In this document: positions 9,351 to 18,988 of the stretch, piece by piece | Numbering within the stretch: position 1 is the first letter of the stretch | Layout of the letters: each line of letters opens with the position of its first letter | From: Candidatus Methanomethylophilaceae archaeon | GTDB taxonomy: Archaea; Thermoplasmatota; Thermoplasmata; Methanomassiliicoccales; Methanomethylophilaceae | NCBI GenBank assembly: GCA_944320495.1 | Contig: CALUHR010000005.1 | Coordinates: forward strand, 248,581-312,580 | Direction of reading: 5' to 3' | DNA: 64,000 bases | Notes under the pieces: model-generated | The model's input: the letters and a program-made list of their open reading frames with translations, nothing else | Database searches by the model: none | Told to the model about the DNA's origin: nothing | Made by a program: the position numbers and the translations under genes

Positions 9351-9788
9351 ATGTCCTACAACGGATACAGGAACAGCGCCACCTGGGGCGTCGCGCTGAT
9401 CTTCGGCAACGACTACGGCTACTACCAGCTGTCCAGGGAGTGGGTCGAGGCATGCGCCCGCAAGGGGATGACCAAGGCCCAGGCCAAGGGGAGGATCGCC
9501 GAGCTCATCGAGAACGAGGTCGACCACGAGTGGGACGGGGCCTACGACGCCGTCGCCCGCGTCGGGCCGATCGCGTCCCAGCTGCTCCCGTCCCTCGGGA
9601 GCATGGAGATCGACTACGGCGAGGTGGCCGACGGCATGCTCGAGGACTACTCCGACCTCAGGAAGGAGTGCGCGTCGTCCTCCGCCAGGCCGAAGGCCGG
9701 GAGCGCTGCGTGCAAGTCCAAGGCACCCGCGAGGAAGTCCCCGGCGAAGTCCTCCAAGCCGAAGTCCAAGACCGCAGGGAGGCGCTGA
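9351..9788 (+). CDS. Array unit 3: YNGYxNxxTW-family acidic domain + tail
   Basis: MSYNGYRNSATWGVALIFGND; tail ends KPKSKTAGRR. Confidence 0.8.
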   Translation: MSYNGYRNSATWGVALIFGNDYGYYQLSREWVEACARKGMTKAQAKGRIAELIENEVDHEWDGAYDAVARVGPIASQLLPSLGSMEIDYGEVADGMLEDYSDLRKECASSSARPKAGSAACKSKAPARKSPAKSSKPKSKTAGRR

Positions 9789-9789
9789 C

Positions 9790-10170
9790 ATGCTCCCTCA
9801 GACGTTCGAAGGGGAGGACGGCTTCGTCTCCGAGGTCGTCTACTACACCCTCTGCAAGAGGATCGACAGGCTCATGGACTCCCTGTACCGCAAGGGCGTG
9901 AAACCCCGCGACATGCGCAGTGACATCAGCGGGCTGATCGATTCGGAGATCGGAAAGGTGAACGCCGCCGGCATGAGGCCGGACGCCACCCTCACGGAAG
10001 CCCTGGCATACGCGATCGCCGACTGGTACTACGAGGAGAGGAACGATGTCGTCCAGTTCTGCATCGACAACTATGTCCCTCCCAGCGGTTCCAAGGCATC
10101 CAGGCCCAAGGCACCCGCCAAGAAGTCCCCGGCGAAGTCCTCCAGGCCGAAATCCAAGGGGAGGCGCTGA
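9790..10170 (+). CDS. Array unit 4: acidic domain + tail
   Basis: ORF; tail ends RPKSKGRR. Confidence 0.8.
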   Translation: MLPQTFEGEDGFVSEVVYYTLCKRIDRLMDSLYRKGVKPRDMRSDISGLIDSEIGKVNAAGMRPDATLTEALAYAIADWYYEERNDVVQFCIDNYVPPSGSKASRPKAPAKKSPAKSSRPKSKGRR

Positions 10171-10172
10171 CC

Positions 10173-10634
10173 GTGGCCCGGAGTCCCATCCGCATAGACT
10201 ACGGTCATGTGAGCGGGATGGCACTGGACATCGTCGTGGTGTACGAGCCGAAGTTCTCCGACACCCTCTGGGAGTGCGTCTCCGAGGGCATGGGCAAGGC
10301 CGACTGCATCGAGGAGCTCCGCTACTACCTCTACCACGGTGCCGAGCTCGCCGTCGGCAACACTAGGTTCGCCCCCGATCCCGACACCCCGCAGGACGAG
10401 CTCGACCTTTGCAGGAACATCGCCCTCAGGGGCGTCGACGACTACCAGGCGAGCGGGGAGGCCGACAGGGCCGCCAGTATCCTCGTGAACGACAACTACG
10501 AGAGGTTCAGGGCAGCCGTCAGGGACCACGGGAGCGGATCCCGCAGGACCGCTCCGAGGGGCGGTGCCAGCAGGCCGAAGGCCAAGGCACCCGCCAGATC
10601 TTCCAAGCCCAAATCCAAGGGGGTGAGGAGATGA
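10173..10634 (+). CDS. Array unit 5 (GTG start): acidic domain + tail
   Basis: ORF; tail ends KPKSKGVRR. Confidence 0.8.
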   Translation: MARSPIRIDYGHVSGMALDIVVVYEPKFSDTLWECVSEGMGKADCIEELRYYLYHGAELAVGNTRFAPDPDTPQDELDLCRNIALRGVDDYQASGEADRAASILVNDNYERFRAAVRDHGSGSRRTAPRGGASRPKAKAPARSSKPKSKGVRR

Positions 10635-11065
10635 CCTACAACGGTTGGGCCAACCGCCCCACCTGGGCGATAGCCCTCTGGTTCGACAACGACGAGGGCC
10701 TGAGTTCCATGAAGGACGAATGGATCCAGGATGCCGCCGATCAGGGGATGTCCTATGAGGAGGCCGAGGACTACGTCTGGGACCGTCTCGAGGAGTACGT
10801 TGAGGAGGAGTACGCCGAGGCATGCGACTCCGTCAACCCCATGATCGCCGACGCGCTGCTGATGTCCCCCGGAATGGCCAACATCGTCTTCTCCGAGATC
10901 GTCAGAGGGTTCCTCCGTGACGCGGACTACAGGCCCGCGGCGTCCGGTTCCAAGAAGCGGAAGGTCGGGGGCGTTCCCAAGAGCGGTTCCAAGGCTGTCA
11001 AGCCCAAGGCGAAGACGCCCGTGAAGAAGGCGTCCAAGCCGAAGTCGAAGAGGGTCCACAGATGA
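10631..11065 (+). CDS. Array unit 6: YNGWxNxxTW-family acidic domain + tail
   Basis: ATGA overlap start; MTYNGWANRPTWAIALWFDNDE. Confidence 0.8.
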   Translation: MTYNGWANRPTWAIALWFDNDEGLSSMKDEWIQDAADQGMSYEEAEDYVWDRLEEYVEEEYAEACDSVNPMIADALLMSPGMANIVFSEIVRGFLRDADYRPAASGSKKRKVGGVPKSGSKAVKPKAKTPVKKASKPKSKRVHR

Positions 11066-11418
11066 CCCGCTATCGCACGCCCGACGGCGACGTCATCGAC
11101 GAGGGCGACCTCGAGGACGCAATCTACGCCGCATTCACCGAGGACGACTTCAGACGCTGGCTGGACTCGAACTACTCTGGGTTCGACTATGACAGGTACC
11201 ACATCCCCGCGTCCGAGGTCCTGGACGTCATGGGAGAGTTCGACTACAAGTACCGCGAGACGGTGGACTCCATCGTCTCCGACTACGGGTCCGACTATCC
11301 GTCACTGGAGGACCTTGGATTCGAGGAGCTCGACGACGATGACGATGAGTCCCACTCCAAGAGGCCGAAGGCCCGTCCCAAGACCTCCAAGCCCAAGTCC
11401 AAGGGGGTGAGGAGATGA
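11062..11418 (+). CDS. Array unit 7: very acidic domain + tail
   Basis: ATGA overlap; D/E/Y-rich. Confidence 0.8.
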   Translation: MTRYRTPDGDVIDEGDLEDAIYAAFTEDDFRRWLDSNYSGFDYDRYHIPASEVLDVMGEFDYKYRETVDSIVSDYGSDYPSLEDLGFEELDDDDDESHSKRPKARPKTSKPKSKGVRR

Positions 11419-11960
11419 TGTGGACCTATGAGGATAGGGACGGCGTCATCCGCGTCGCCGACGAGCAGGAGATCCTCTACAAGGTGACGCCCGACGCGGC
11501 CTTCGCCAAGTACCTGGACAACGAGTTCTCCGAGATCGACATCCTAGACCGCACCTACGAGCCGTCGGAGGTGTTCATCGAATGGTCCGAGGATGACTTC
11601 GCCAGGGCTGCCTCCGAGTGGTTCAACGACGCCATCTTCCACCCGACCGAGAGGGACCTCTCCTACTTCGAGGAAATCGGAGTCTTCCCCGCGACCGAGG
11701 AGGACATCCGCAACGAGAAGGTGGACAGGGGCATCGACAGGGTCGGCAAGAGGTCCGCGGGACTACAGAACGCCCTCGGAAAGAGGGGTTCCGGCACCGC
11801 CAGGCCGAAAGCCGGCGGCAGGATGACCATCAGGCCGAGGGCGAAGCCGAAGACTCCCGTGAAGAAAGCGTCCAAGGCGAAGTCCGCGTCCAAGACCGCC
11901 AAACCGAAGACTCCCGTGAAGAAGACGTCCAAGCCCAGATCCAAGGGGGCCCGCAGATGA
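11415..11960 (+). CDS. Array unit 8: acidic domain + internally duplicated tail
   Basis: KPKTPVKK occurs twice in the tail. Confidence 0.8.
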   Translation: MMWTYEDRDGVIRVADEQEILYKVTPDAAFAKYLDNEFSEIDILDRTYEPSEVFIEWSEDDFARAASEWFNDAIFHPTERDLSYFEEIGVFPATEEDIRNEKVDRGIDRVGKRSAGLQNALGKRGSGTARPKAGGRMTIRPRAKPKTPVKKASKAKSASKTAKPKTPVKKTSKPRSKGARR

Positions 11961-12409
11961 CCGGCTCCGACTGGGCCAACTACGAGACGTGGCTCGTCCA
12001 CGTCCACATGTTCAACGAAGAGTCCGTGCGGAAGGAGTTCCGCTCCGCCCTCGAGAAGAGGGCCAAGGAGGGGCTGGACCGCCGCACGGTCCGTGACATC
12101 GTCACGCATGATGTCCAGGCTTTCGTGGAGGAGACCGCCGAGGAGGCGTCCCGGCGCGTCCGCAACCCCATGATAGCCGATTTCATCGGATCCTTCCCGG
12201 GACGCATAGACTGCTCCCAGATTGCCGACTCGTGGATGGAGGTCTACGACGGCATCGCCGCGGAGCAGGTGACATCCAGGTCCCCTTCCAAAGGGACCGC
12301 TCGCAACACACCGACGAGGAAGGGACAGAGGTCCCGCGCCCAGAGGTCGAGACGATCGAGGGGAGGTGTTTCTGAATGGTTTACAACGGAAGATCGAAAG
12401 GAAAGATGA
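11957..12409 (+). CDS. Array unit 9: WxNxxTW-family domain + Arg-rich tail
   Basis: MTGSDWANYETWLVHVHMFNEE; frame runs past the next ATG (12376). Confidence 0.75.
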   Translation: MTGSDWANYETWLVHVHMFNEESVRKEFRSALEKRAKEGLDRRTVRDIVTHDVQAFVEETAEEASRRVRNPMIADFIGSFPGRIDCSQIADSWMEVYDGIAAEQVTSRSPSKGTARNTPTRKGQRSRAQRSRRSRGGVSEWFTTEDRKER

Positions 12410-13545
12410 AATCGAGAGGAATGGGAACGAAAGCCGGGAGGAGGCCTCCCGCATCCCGGTCGCTGAAGGCGGTCGTCACGCCCGACGTGTCGCCGGAGAG
12501 CCCCTTCGACGGCATGTCGATGTTCGGTTCCCTTCTGATATGCGATCCGAGCGTCGGCAATACCCGCAACTACGTGTCCTTCGAGGATCTGGACGAGTTC
12601 TGCAACGCGAAGTTCGACATAGACAGGTTCTACGATGAGGTCTACACCAGGAGCGAGAGGGACGTCGCCACATACATCCGTATGTACGGCGCACTGGCCG
12701 TGGAGGTCCGCGGCGCACTCATCATCGCGGGCCACGAGCAGATCGTCCGCGAGTACGGCTACGACAACGCCGATTCGAGGGCGAAGGCCCTGGACCTCCT
12801 GAGAAACGAGGCCGAGATCTACATGCAGTGGGCCGACGGGGACGTCTGGCAGGCCATCGTCTATGACGACCACACCGACGACGAGTCCGTCCCGGACAGA
12901 GTCGTCATCAGGTACGATCCCTGGGACGACGACGAGGACGGCGATATCGTGGACTCCCTGGGCGAACTGTACGGACAGGAGTACGCCGAGCAGGAAGCTA
13001 AGCGCATGATCGTCGACGAGAGGGAATCCCGCGGGCAGACCCCGAACTTCGCCAAGGGTTCGGCGTCGAGGAAGGCTCCAAAGAGCCGTTCCGCGTACAG
13101 TGCGAAGGGACGCCCTTCCGTCGGCCAGTATGACAGGGCGAGATACGCCAGGGCCACGAGCGGCGGACACTCGATTCTCAGGGTCTACTACGATCCGGGC
13201 GAGTCCGAGATGATGGGACGCCCCGTCTACGACGTGGTTGCCCGCAAGGCCGGCATCCCCGGGCTTATCTGGGGCAAGGACTACGACCCCGCCTCCGGCC
13301 TCTGGAGCGGAGGGGACTACGACATCACGAGGGAGAAGCTCGAGAGACACGCGATGGGACATGACCTCATCCGCGAGTACGGGCAGATTCCCGCGGACGC
13401 GTTCGGGAGGTCCAAGGGCATGAGCCAGACGTCCAGACCGAAGTCTAAGCCGAAGGTTCCCGCATCCAAGGCTGCCAAGCCGAAGTCCAAGGCGCCAGCG
13501 AAGAAGCCCGTCGCCAAACCCAAGGCGGAGGGGGGACGCAGATGA
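12376..13545 (+). CDS. Array unit 10: two-domain protein with internal and terminal basic tracts
   Basis: Motif IYMQWADGDVW; internal GSASRKAPKSR; terminal KPKAEGGRR. Confidence 0.8.
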   Translation: MVYNGRSKGKMKSRGMGTKAGRRPPASRSLKAVVTPDVSPESPFDGMSMFGSLLICDPSVGNTRNYVSFEDLDEFCNAKFDIDRFYDEVYTRSERDVATYIRMYGALAVEVRGALIIAGHEQIVREYGYDNADSRAKALDLLRNEAEIYMQWADGDVWQAIVYDDHTDDESVPDRVVIRYDPWDDDEDGDIVDSLGELYGQEYAEQEAKRMIVDERESRGQTPNFAKGSASRKAPKSRSAYSAKGRPSVGQYDRARYARATSGGHSILRVYYDPGESEMMGRPVYDVVARKAGIPGLIWGKDYDPASGLWSGGDYDITREKLERHAMGHDLIREYGQIPADAFGRSKGMSQTSRPKSKPKVPASKAAKPKSKAPAKKPVAKPKAEGGRR

Positions 13546-13982
13546 CCCTCCGCGACGAAGCCCCGCTGACCTTCGAGTTCGGCAACAACACCTGGCTCAC
13601 CTGGGAGTACTACCGCGACAACGAAGCCCTCTCCGAGTCCTGGACGGAGGAATGCGCCCGGGAGGGACTGACCCGCACCCAGGCCGTCGAGAGGATCGTC
13701 GGGAACATCAGGGACGATCTCGCCGACGCCTTCAGGGACGGCGTGTTCAGTACGCAGAACCCGGCGACTTCCGCGGTCCTGCTCCAGGACCCCGATCTCA
13801 TGGACATCGACTACAGGCAGGTCGCCGTACGCATCGTCCATGCGTTCTGGCCCGAGGGGTCCGCATCCCCGAGAAGGGCGTCCAAGCCGAAGGCACCCGC
13901 GTCCAAGGCGAACAAGCCGAAGGCCAAGGCACCCTCCAAGAGGCCCACAACCAAACCCAAGTCCAAGGGGGGACGCAGATGA
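13542..13982 (+). CDS. Array unit 11: divergent NxxTW-family domain + tail
   Basis: FGNNTWLTWEYYRDNE; ATGA overlaps at both ends. Confidence 0.8.
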   Translation: MTLRDEAPLTFEFGNNTWLTWEYYRDNEALSESWTEECAREGLTRTQAVERIVGNIRDDLADAFRDGVFSTQNPATSAVLLQDPDLMDIDYRQVAVRIVHAFWPEGSASPRRASKPKAPASKANKPKAKAPSKRPTTKPKSKGGRR

Positions 13983-14788
13983 AGGGCAGGACCGCAACCA
14001 GGTCCCCGTCCAAGCGCTCCGTCATCTACCCGGTCAGGGACGCGCCCTGCCCGGTCAGGACGACAGCGGGTTCCGACATCACGGACGACGTGATCCTGTT
14101 CCGCCGCAAGGGCAGGCAGGGGGACCCCGCCGCGTATCTCACGGACGACGGACGCTCCCTCATCGACCTCGTGGCCGCCAAGGCCGGCCCCGATGCCGCG
14201 GGAGGGTTCGCATCCCACAGGTTCCGCTCCGACGACACCATGACGAGGGCGCTCAGGGAGCTCGGCATATCCAACGAGGTCGTGGACGAAGGCATCCTGG
14301 CATCGGCTAGGGGCATCTACGGCTACGAGTCCTACGACTACAGGATGTGGTCCAACGGCCACACCGGATACCGCGTCGCCCATGTGGAGGACCCCTCCGA
14401 CGACACGGGCAGGAACCTCATCGTGGACGACGAGTCGAAGATCCCTGGCAGGGTCATCTCGAAGGGGAACCGCATCTACTACAACGAGAGCAAGGCGGAG
14501 CTCCACGGTGCCGAGTTCGGCAGGGACAACGCCCCGAAGAGGGACTGGAGGTTCAGCCTGGCGTTCCGCGGGGATACCAGCGGGCTCACGGTCGAGGAAG
14601 TCTCCAGGCTCGGCTACGACGGGCGCGACATGGAGGTCGGCGACGAGATGTCCGTCGGCCCCCTCGTGATCAGGAGAGTCAAGGGCGACGCCATGGACTA
14701 CGTCTCGAGGTCTGGCTCGCCGAGATCGAAGGCCAAGGCGCCCGCCAAGAAGGCATCCAAACCCAAGTCCAAGGGGGTGAGGAGATGA
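13979..14788 (+). CDS. Array unit 12, paralog of unit 13
   Basis: ATGA start; RSPSKRSVIYP, DDPSDDTGR-like and NAPKRDWRF motifs shared with unit 13. Confidence 0.8.
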   Translation: MKGRTATRSPSKRSVIYPVRDAPCPVRTTAGSDITDDVILFRRKGRQGDPAAYLTDDGRSLIDLVAAKAGPDAAGGFASHRFRSDDTMTRALRELGISNEVVDEGILASARGIYGYESYDYRMWSNGHTGYRVAHVEDPSDDTGRNLIVDDESKIPGRVISKGNRIYYNESKAELHGAEFGRDNAPKRDWRFSLAFRGDTSGLTVEEVSRLGYDGRDMEVGDEMSVGPLVIRRVKGDAMDYVSRSGSPRSKAKAPAKKASKPKSKGVRR

Positions 14789-15642
14789 ACGGCAAGGCAC
14801 CGAGATCCCCATCCAAGCGTTCCGTCATATATCCGGCGAAGAACGCGACCTGCCCCGTAAGGACCAAGGCGGGAAAGGACCCCGCGGCCAACTCGACACT
14901 CTACCGCTTCAGGGGCGACGTCGTCGGGGACCCGAACGCATACGTCACCGACGACGGGAAGACTCTCGTGGATCTCGTCGGAGCTGTGGCGGGTCAGAAG
15001 GATGCCGAGGAGTTCTCCGGACACAGGTATCGCACCATCGACGCGCTTCTGGACCGTCTCGGGGGATTCGACATCTATGCGACTCGCTGCTCGGACCTCT
15101 CGATAGTCGCCGGGAGATACAGCATAGTGTACGACGAGGCCAAGGATTATGACCGCTGGCTCGACGGCGACGTGTTCCGTGTCGCCGAGGTCGACGACCC
15201 GTCCGACGATACCGGCAGAACCCTCTACGTCGATGATGTGTCTCAGATCCCCGGGCGTATAATCCGCAAGAGGCACGGTGTGTACTCTTACGAGGACGCA
15301 CAGCACACGGCGGCGGAATTCGGCATGGAGAATGCCCCGAAGAGGGACTGGAGATTCTATGTCGGTCAGAGGCCTGGTGACAACTCCATCGGCTACGATG
15401 ATGCGGTCAGACTCGGCTACGACGGTCGTGACATGAAGGTCGGCGATTATATGGAGGTCGGGCCTCTCATAATCCAGAGGGTCGATGGCCATCTGTCGGG
15501 CTATTTCGCCCCGGACTCCGACGGCTCCAAACCGATAACCAGGAGGACGGTCGGGCCGAAGGCTGGGACATCCGGCAAGGTACCAACCAAGACTCTCGCA
15601 TCCAAAGCCACCAAGCCCAAGTCCAAGGGGGTGAGGAGATGA
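14785..15642 (+). CDS. Array unit 13, paralog of unit 12
   Basis: ATGA start; YDRWLDGDVF motif. Confidence 0.8.
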   Translation: MNGKAPRSPSKRSVIYPAKNATCPVRTKAGKDPAANSTLYRFRGDVVGDPNAYVTDDGKTLVDLVGAVAGQKDAEEFSGHRYRTIDALLDRLGGFDIYATRCSDLSIVAGRYSIVYDEAKDYDRWLDGDVFRVAEVDDPSDDTGRTLYVDDVSQIPGRIIRKRHGVYSYEDAQHTAAEFGMENAPKRDWRFYVGQRPGDNSIGYDDAVRLGYDGRDMKVGDYMEVGPLIIQRVDGHLSGYFAPDSDGSKPITRRTVGPKAGTSGKVPTKTLASKATKPKSKGVRR

Positions 15643-16025
15643 GCGTCAGCGCGTTCGTCCACACGTACTTCATCAGATACCTGGAAGAGAAGGGCGTGGA
15701 CATCTACGACTACGCCATGGAGCTGGCGGAGAGCGGCAGGGACTACTGGGACTGCGAGGAGGTGTTCGCGGACTACATCGAGCGTCTCGCCATCGAGTTC
15801 CAGTACGATGCGGCGGACTACGCCGAGTCGGACATCACCACGATGCTCGTCGAGGACTGCCTCCTCAGGGAGGTCGTGGACTTCGACCTGTTCTTCGACA
15901 GGGACGGCAGCCCGCTGAAGGGCAGGTCCGGTTCCCGCAGGCCCGCGTCCAAGGCAACCGGGCCCAAGGCCAAGGCATCTGCCAAGAAACCCTCCAAGCC
16001 CAAGTCCAAGGGGGTGAGGAGATGA
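15639..16025 (+). CDS. Array unit 14: acidic domain, paralog of unit 16
   Basis: ADYIERLAIEFQ vs ADYIGRLAVEFQ. Confidence 0.8.
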   Translation: MSVSAFVHTYFIRYLEEKGVDIYDYAMELAESGRDYWDCEEVFADYIERLAIEFQYDAADYAESDITTMLVEDCLLREVVDFDLFFDRDGSPLKGRSGSRRPASKATGPKAKASAKKPSKPKSKGVRR

Positions 16026-16627
16026 CCGGGTACGGCTGGGAGTTCCCGGACGGAACCGTCATCCCCGTCGAGGACGGTTCCGCCGTCGAGGACAAACTCC
16101 TCTCGATGGACTCCTTCTGGGACAGGAACAGGAAGGACTGCCTCCGCCAGGGGCTGTTCTACCAGTGGTACTGCGACGAGATCGGGCGCGACATCGAGAA
16201 CATGTCCGAGAGGGAGCTCTACGACCACTTCGGCGTCAGATGCTCCGAGGACAGGGACGGGAAGGTCGTCTACGTCCTGCCCGAGGGTGACAGGACCGAT
16301 GCGAGGGGACTCTTCGAGTGGATCGAGGAAGAGGGCTACCGCTACGACGAGTGGCTGGAGTTCAACTCCGACTGCTACGACTTCAAGGAGCTGGTGAAGA
16401 ACGAGGCCGAGTATCTGACCTCCGACTACGGCAACGAGGAGTCCATGGGGTACTACGGCGTCAGGCTGGTACCGATGTCCTCCGGATCCAAGAGGCCGTC
16501 CAAGCCGAAGGCGAGGACTCAGGCGAGGAAACCCGTCTCGAAGTCCGCGTCCAAGGCATCCAAGCCCAAGGCCAAGGCTCCCGCGAGGAAAGCATCCAAG
16601 CCCAAGGCGAAGGGGGTGAGGAGATGA
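16022..16627 (+). CDS. Array unit 15: acidic domain + tail
   Basis: ATGA overlaps; D/E/Y/W-rich. Confidence 0.8.
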   Translation: MTGYGWEFPDGTVIPVEDGSAVEDKLLSMDSFWDRNRKDCLRQGLFYQWYCDEIGRDIENMSERELYDHFGVRCSEDRDGKVVYVLPEGDRTDARGLFEWIEEEGYRYDEWLEFNSDCYDFKELVKNEAEYLTSDYGNEESMGYYGVRLVPMSSGSKRPSKPKARTQARKPVSKSASKASKPKAKAPARKASKPKAKGVRR

Positions 16628-17016
16628 CCGCCGACGTGTTCGTCGCCCGCGCCTTCCTCAAGTACCTGGATGGGAGACGGGAGAGACACGATCTCTACGC
16701 CCTGAAGCTGGCCGACAGCGGCAGGACCGAACGGGAATGCGAGGACGCGTACGCCGACTATATCGGACGTCTCGCCGTCGAGTTCCAGCGGAGTGCGGTG
16801 AATGACGTCGATCCGGACGTCACGGAGCAGCTCGTCGAGGACTTCGACTTCCATGAGTTCGTGGACACGGGCTACTACTTCGAGTTCGACGGGACCCCGC
16901 GCGACAGGTTCGGCACCCGCAGGGCCGGGTCCGCGTCCAAGGCATCCAGGCCGAAGGCCAAGGCTCCCGCGAAGAAGCCCGCATCCAAGCCCAGGTCCAA
17001 GGGGGCGAGGAGATGA
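16624..17016 (+). CDS. Array unit 16, paralog of unit 14
   Basis: ATGA start at 16624. Confidence 0.8.
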   Translation: MTADVFVARAFLKYLDGRRERHDLYALKLADSGRTERECEDAYADYIGRLAVEFQRSAVNDVDPDVTEQLVEDFDFHEFVDTGYYFEFDGTPRDRFGTRRAGSASKASRPKAKAPAKKPASKPRSKGARR

Positions 17017-18443
17017 CCGCACCCAGGCGCAGAGCATCCTCGAGGTCCGCCCGCTACGCGGGGGACCTCCCCAAGAGGATCCGCGACCACCCGTACCTGT
17101 CCGTCCCGGGAGGCGTCCTCCGCCTCCCCGACGGGACAAGGGTGTACGCCGAGTCGGACATCGAGCTCCTCGATGGCCAGGACGAGGGTCTCGTCTACTT
17201 CTGGACGGACGCGGTCGACGAGGAGGGCGGATACTACGGCATCGCGTTCTCCTTCGAACTCGACGAGCTCATGAGGACCCCCTGGAACAAGGTGGACTGG
17301 CAGGGACACATCGACGACGTGACCTACGAGCCGCCCGAGAGCGGTTCCAAAAAGCCCAGATCCAAGACCAAAGTCTCAAAGAGGCCCGTCTCCAAGTCCT
17401 CCAAGCCCCGCGTCTTCACCGTGGCCGATTGGGACGCGGGGAGGATCGGGGAGATGAGGCCCGGCGACGGGCTCGACAGGGAGCTGTACGACGGACTCCG
17501 CTGGAACGGCTACCCCTACCCCGCCGACCCCCGCGTCCTGGCGGCCAACGGTTGCATCCGCGGGTACTGTCTGGGGAAGGTCAGCGATAGGGGCAACTAC
17601 ACCTACGGCGAGACCCCCGACGGGAGATACGTCTACCTCGGTCTCTCGATCCCGCTGGACGAGACGCCCTACACCATGGCCCTGTCCAACCCGAACAGCC
17701 TCGATTCCCGCTACGACGCCCGCGTCGCCGCGAAGGAGGTCGAGGCCGAGGAGAGACGCCAGAGGGAGTGGGCCAAGGATCCCCGCTCCAAGTACGTCGA
17801 TGTGGACGAGTGCAGGATCTACGGGGCCGTCGAGACGTTCGACGACCTCGTGGAATACTACACGCTCTTCAACCCGGAGTATGCGGAGCGTCTCCGCGAC
17901 CCCGAGGTCGTTGGGTATCTGAGGGACTACTACGCCCACATGGACTGGGTGAGCCACGGGAACGGACCCAGCTACGACGAGGACGTGGACGGGGAGACGA
18001 TGCTCAGCCATCTGTACGACCTCACCGAGGAGGCCGAGTCGTTCCAGACGGAGTTCATGGAGGACGAGTACGAGAACGGCGACACCGACATGCTGGACTT
18101 CCTCAGACGCCGTGCGGCGATCCAGAGGAGGTACGGAGTCGAACCAGACTGGAAGGATTCTTCCAGTGGTTCCAGGAAGGGCAAGACACCCTCCAAGGCG
18201 TCCAAGCCCAAGGCACCTGTCAGGAAGGCCGCCCCCAAGGCGGCCTCCAAGACCACCAAGCCGAAAGCGAAGACTCCCGCCAAGAGGCCCGCCGCCAAGC
18301 CCAAGACAAAGGGGGCGAGGCGATGGGCACGTCCAACTACGCCCACGACACCAGCTTCCTCGTATGGGCCTTCGAGTACGAGCCCGACGAGGACTGGTAC
18401 CGCGAGGAGTTCCCCGACGAGTCCGACGACTCGATCCACCTGA
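17013..18443 (+). CDS. Array unit 17: fused multi-domain unit with internal tail; reads ~40 aa past its tail
   Basis: Internal GSKKPRSKTKVSKRPVSKSSKPR (~17340-17410); KGARR followed by TGG instead of TGA. Confidence 0.8.
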   Translation: MTAPRRRASSRSARYAGDLPKRIRDHPYLSVPGGVLRLPDGTRVYAESDIELLDGQDEGLVYFWTDAVDEEGGYYGIAFSFELDELMRTPWNKVDWQGHIDDVTYEPPESGSKKPRSKTKVSKRPVSKSSKPRVFTVADWDAGRIGEMRPGDGLDRELYDGLRWNGYPYPADPRVLAANGCIRGYCLGKVSDRGNYTYGETPDGRYVYLGLSIPLDETPYTMALSNPNSLDSRYDARVAAKEVEAEERRQREWAKDPRSKYVDVDECRIYGAVETFDDLVEYYTLFNPEYAERLRDPEVVGYLRDYYAHMDWVSHGNGPSYDEDVDGETMLSHLYDLTEEAESFQTEFMEDEYENGDTDMLDFLRRRAAIQRRYGVEPDWKDSSSGSRKGKTPSKASKPKAPVRKAAPKAASKTTKPKAKTPAKRPAAKPKTKGARRWARPTTPTTPASSYGPSSTSPTRTGTARSSPTSPTTRST

Positions 18444-18988
18444 TGATGGCCGAGGACCGCGACATGGAGTACAGGCAGGTCGAGAAGGCCGTCCAGCCCA
18501 TGCTGGACCGCCTCAACTCCGATCTCCTGTTCCACAGACTGGGTATCCGCTCCGGGTACTACGACGGCATCCAGGTCTATGTCGACGAGCCGTCCCAGGA
18601 CAGGTGGCTGGTGCCGGAGCTCCGCGATGCCTGGGAGGAGATGTACGGCGAGGACTCCGTCCCCGACGACACCAGACTCCTCGGCGTCTACGCCGACGAG
18701 CGCACCCGCATCAGGAAGTGGCTGAGGGACAACCTGCCCCGGCTCGGGTTCCATGCCCTGAGGTACACCTCTCCGTGGACGATCGAGCGCGTGGAGAATC
18801 CCAGCAGGAGGGCGTCCAAGCCGAAGGCGAAGAACCCCGCAAAGAGGTCCAGGCCGAAGGAATCGTCCAAGACGGTCAAACCGAAGACTAAGCCCAAGAA
18901 CCAAGAGAAGAACTCTGGAACTAAGTCCAGAAAGAGGTTCCGACATGTCCAAACGCGAGCGTGGCGGTGTCGGAAAGAGACCTGGTAG
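18323..18988 (+). CDS. Array unit 18: acidic domain; tail disrupted at junction with the lower-GC gene
   Basis: ATG after GGGGCGAGGCG; tail degenerates to KPKNQEKNSGTKSRKRF. Confidence 0.75.
   Translation: MGTSNYAHDTSFLVWAFEYEPDEDWYREEFPDESDDSIHLMMAEDRDMEYRQVEKAVQPMLDRLNSDLLFHRLGIRSGYYDGIQVYVDEPSQDRWLVPELRDAWEEMYGEDSVPDDTRLLGVYADERTRIRKWLRDNLPRLGFHALRYTSPWTIERVENPSRRASKPKAKNPAKRSRPKESSKTVKPKTKPKNQEKNSGTKSRKRFRHVQTRAWRCRKETW

Noticed and set aside
10602-16025. Tail similarity being only a by-product of the overlapping Shine-Dalgarno sequence
   Set aside because: The RBS explains only the last ~5 residues (KGVRR); the K/P/A/S tract usually extends well upstream and also appears internally and in genes without a coupled successor
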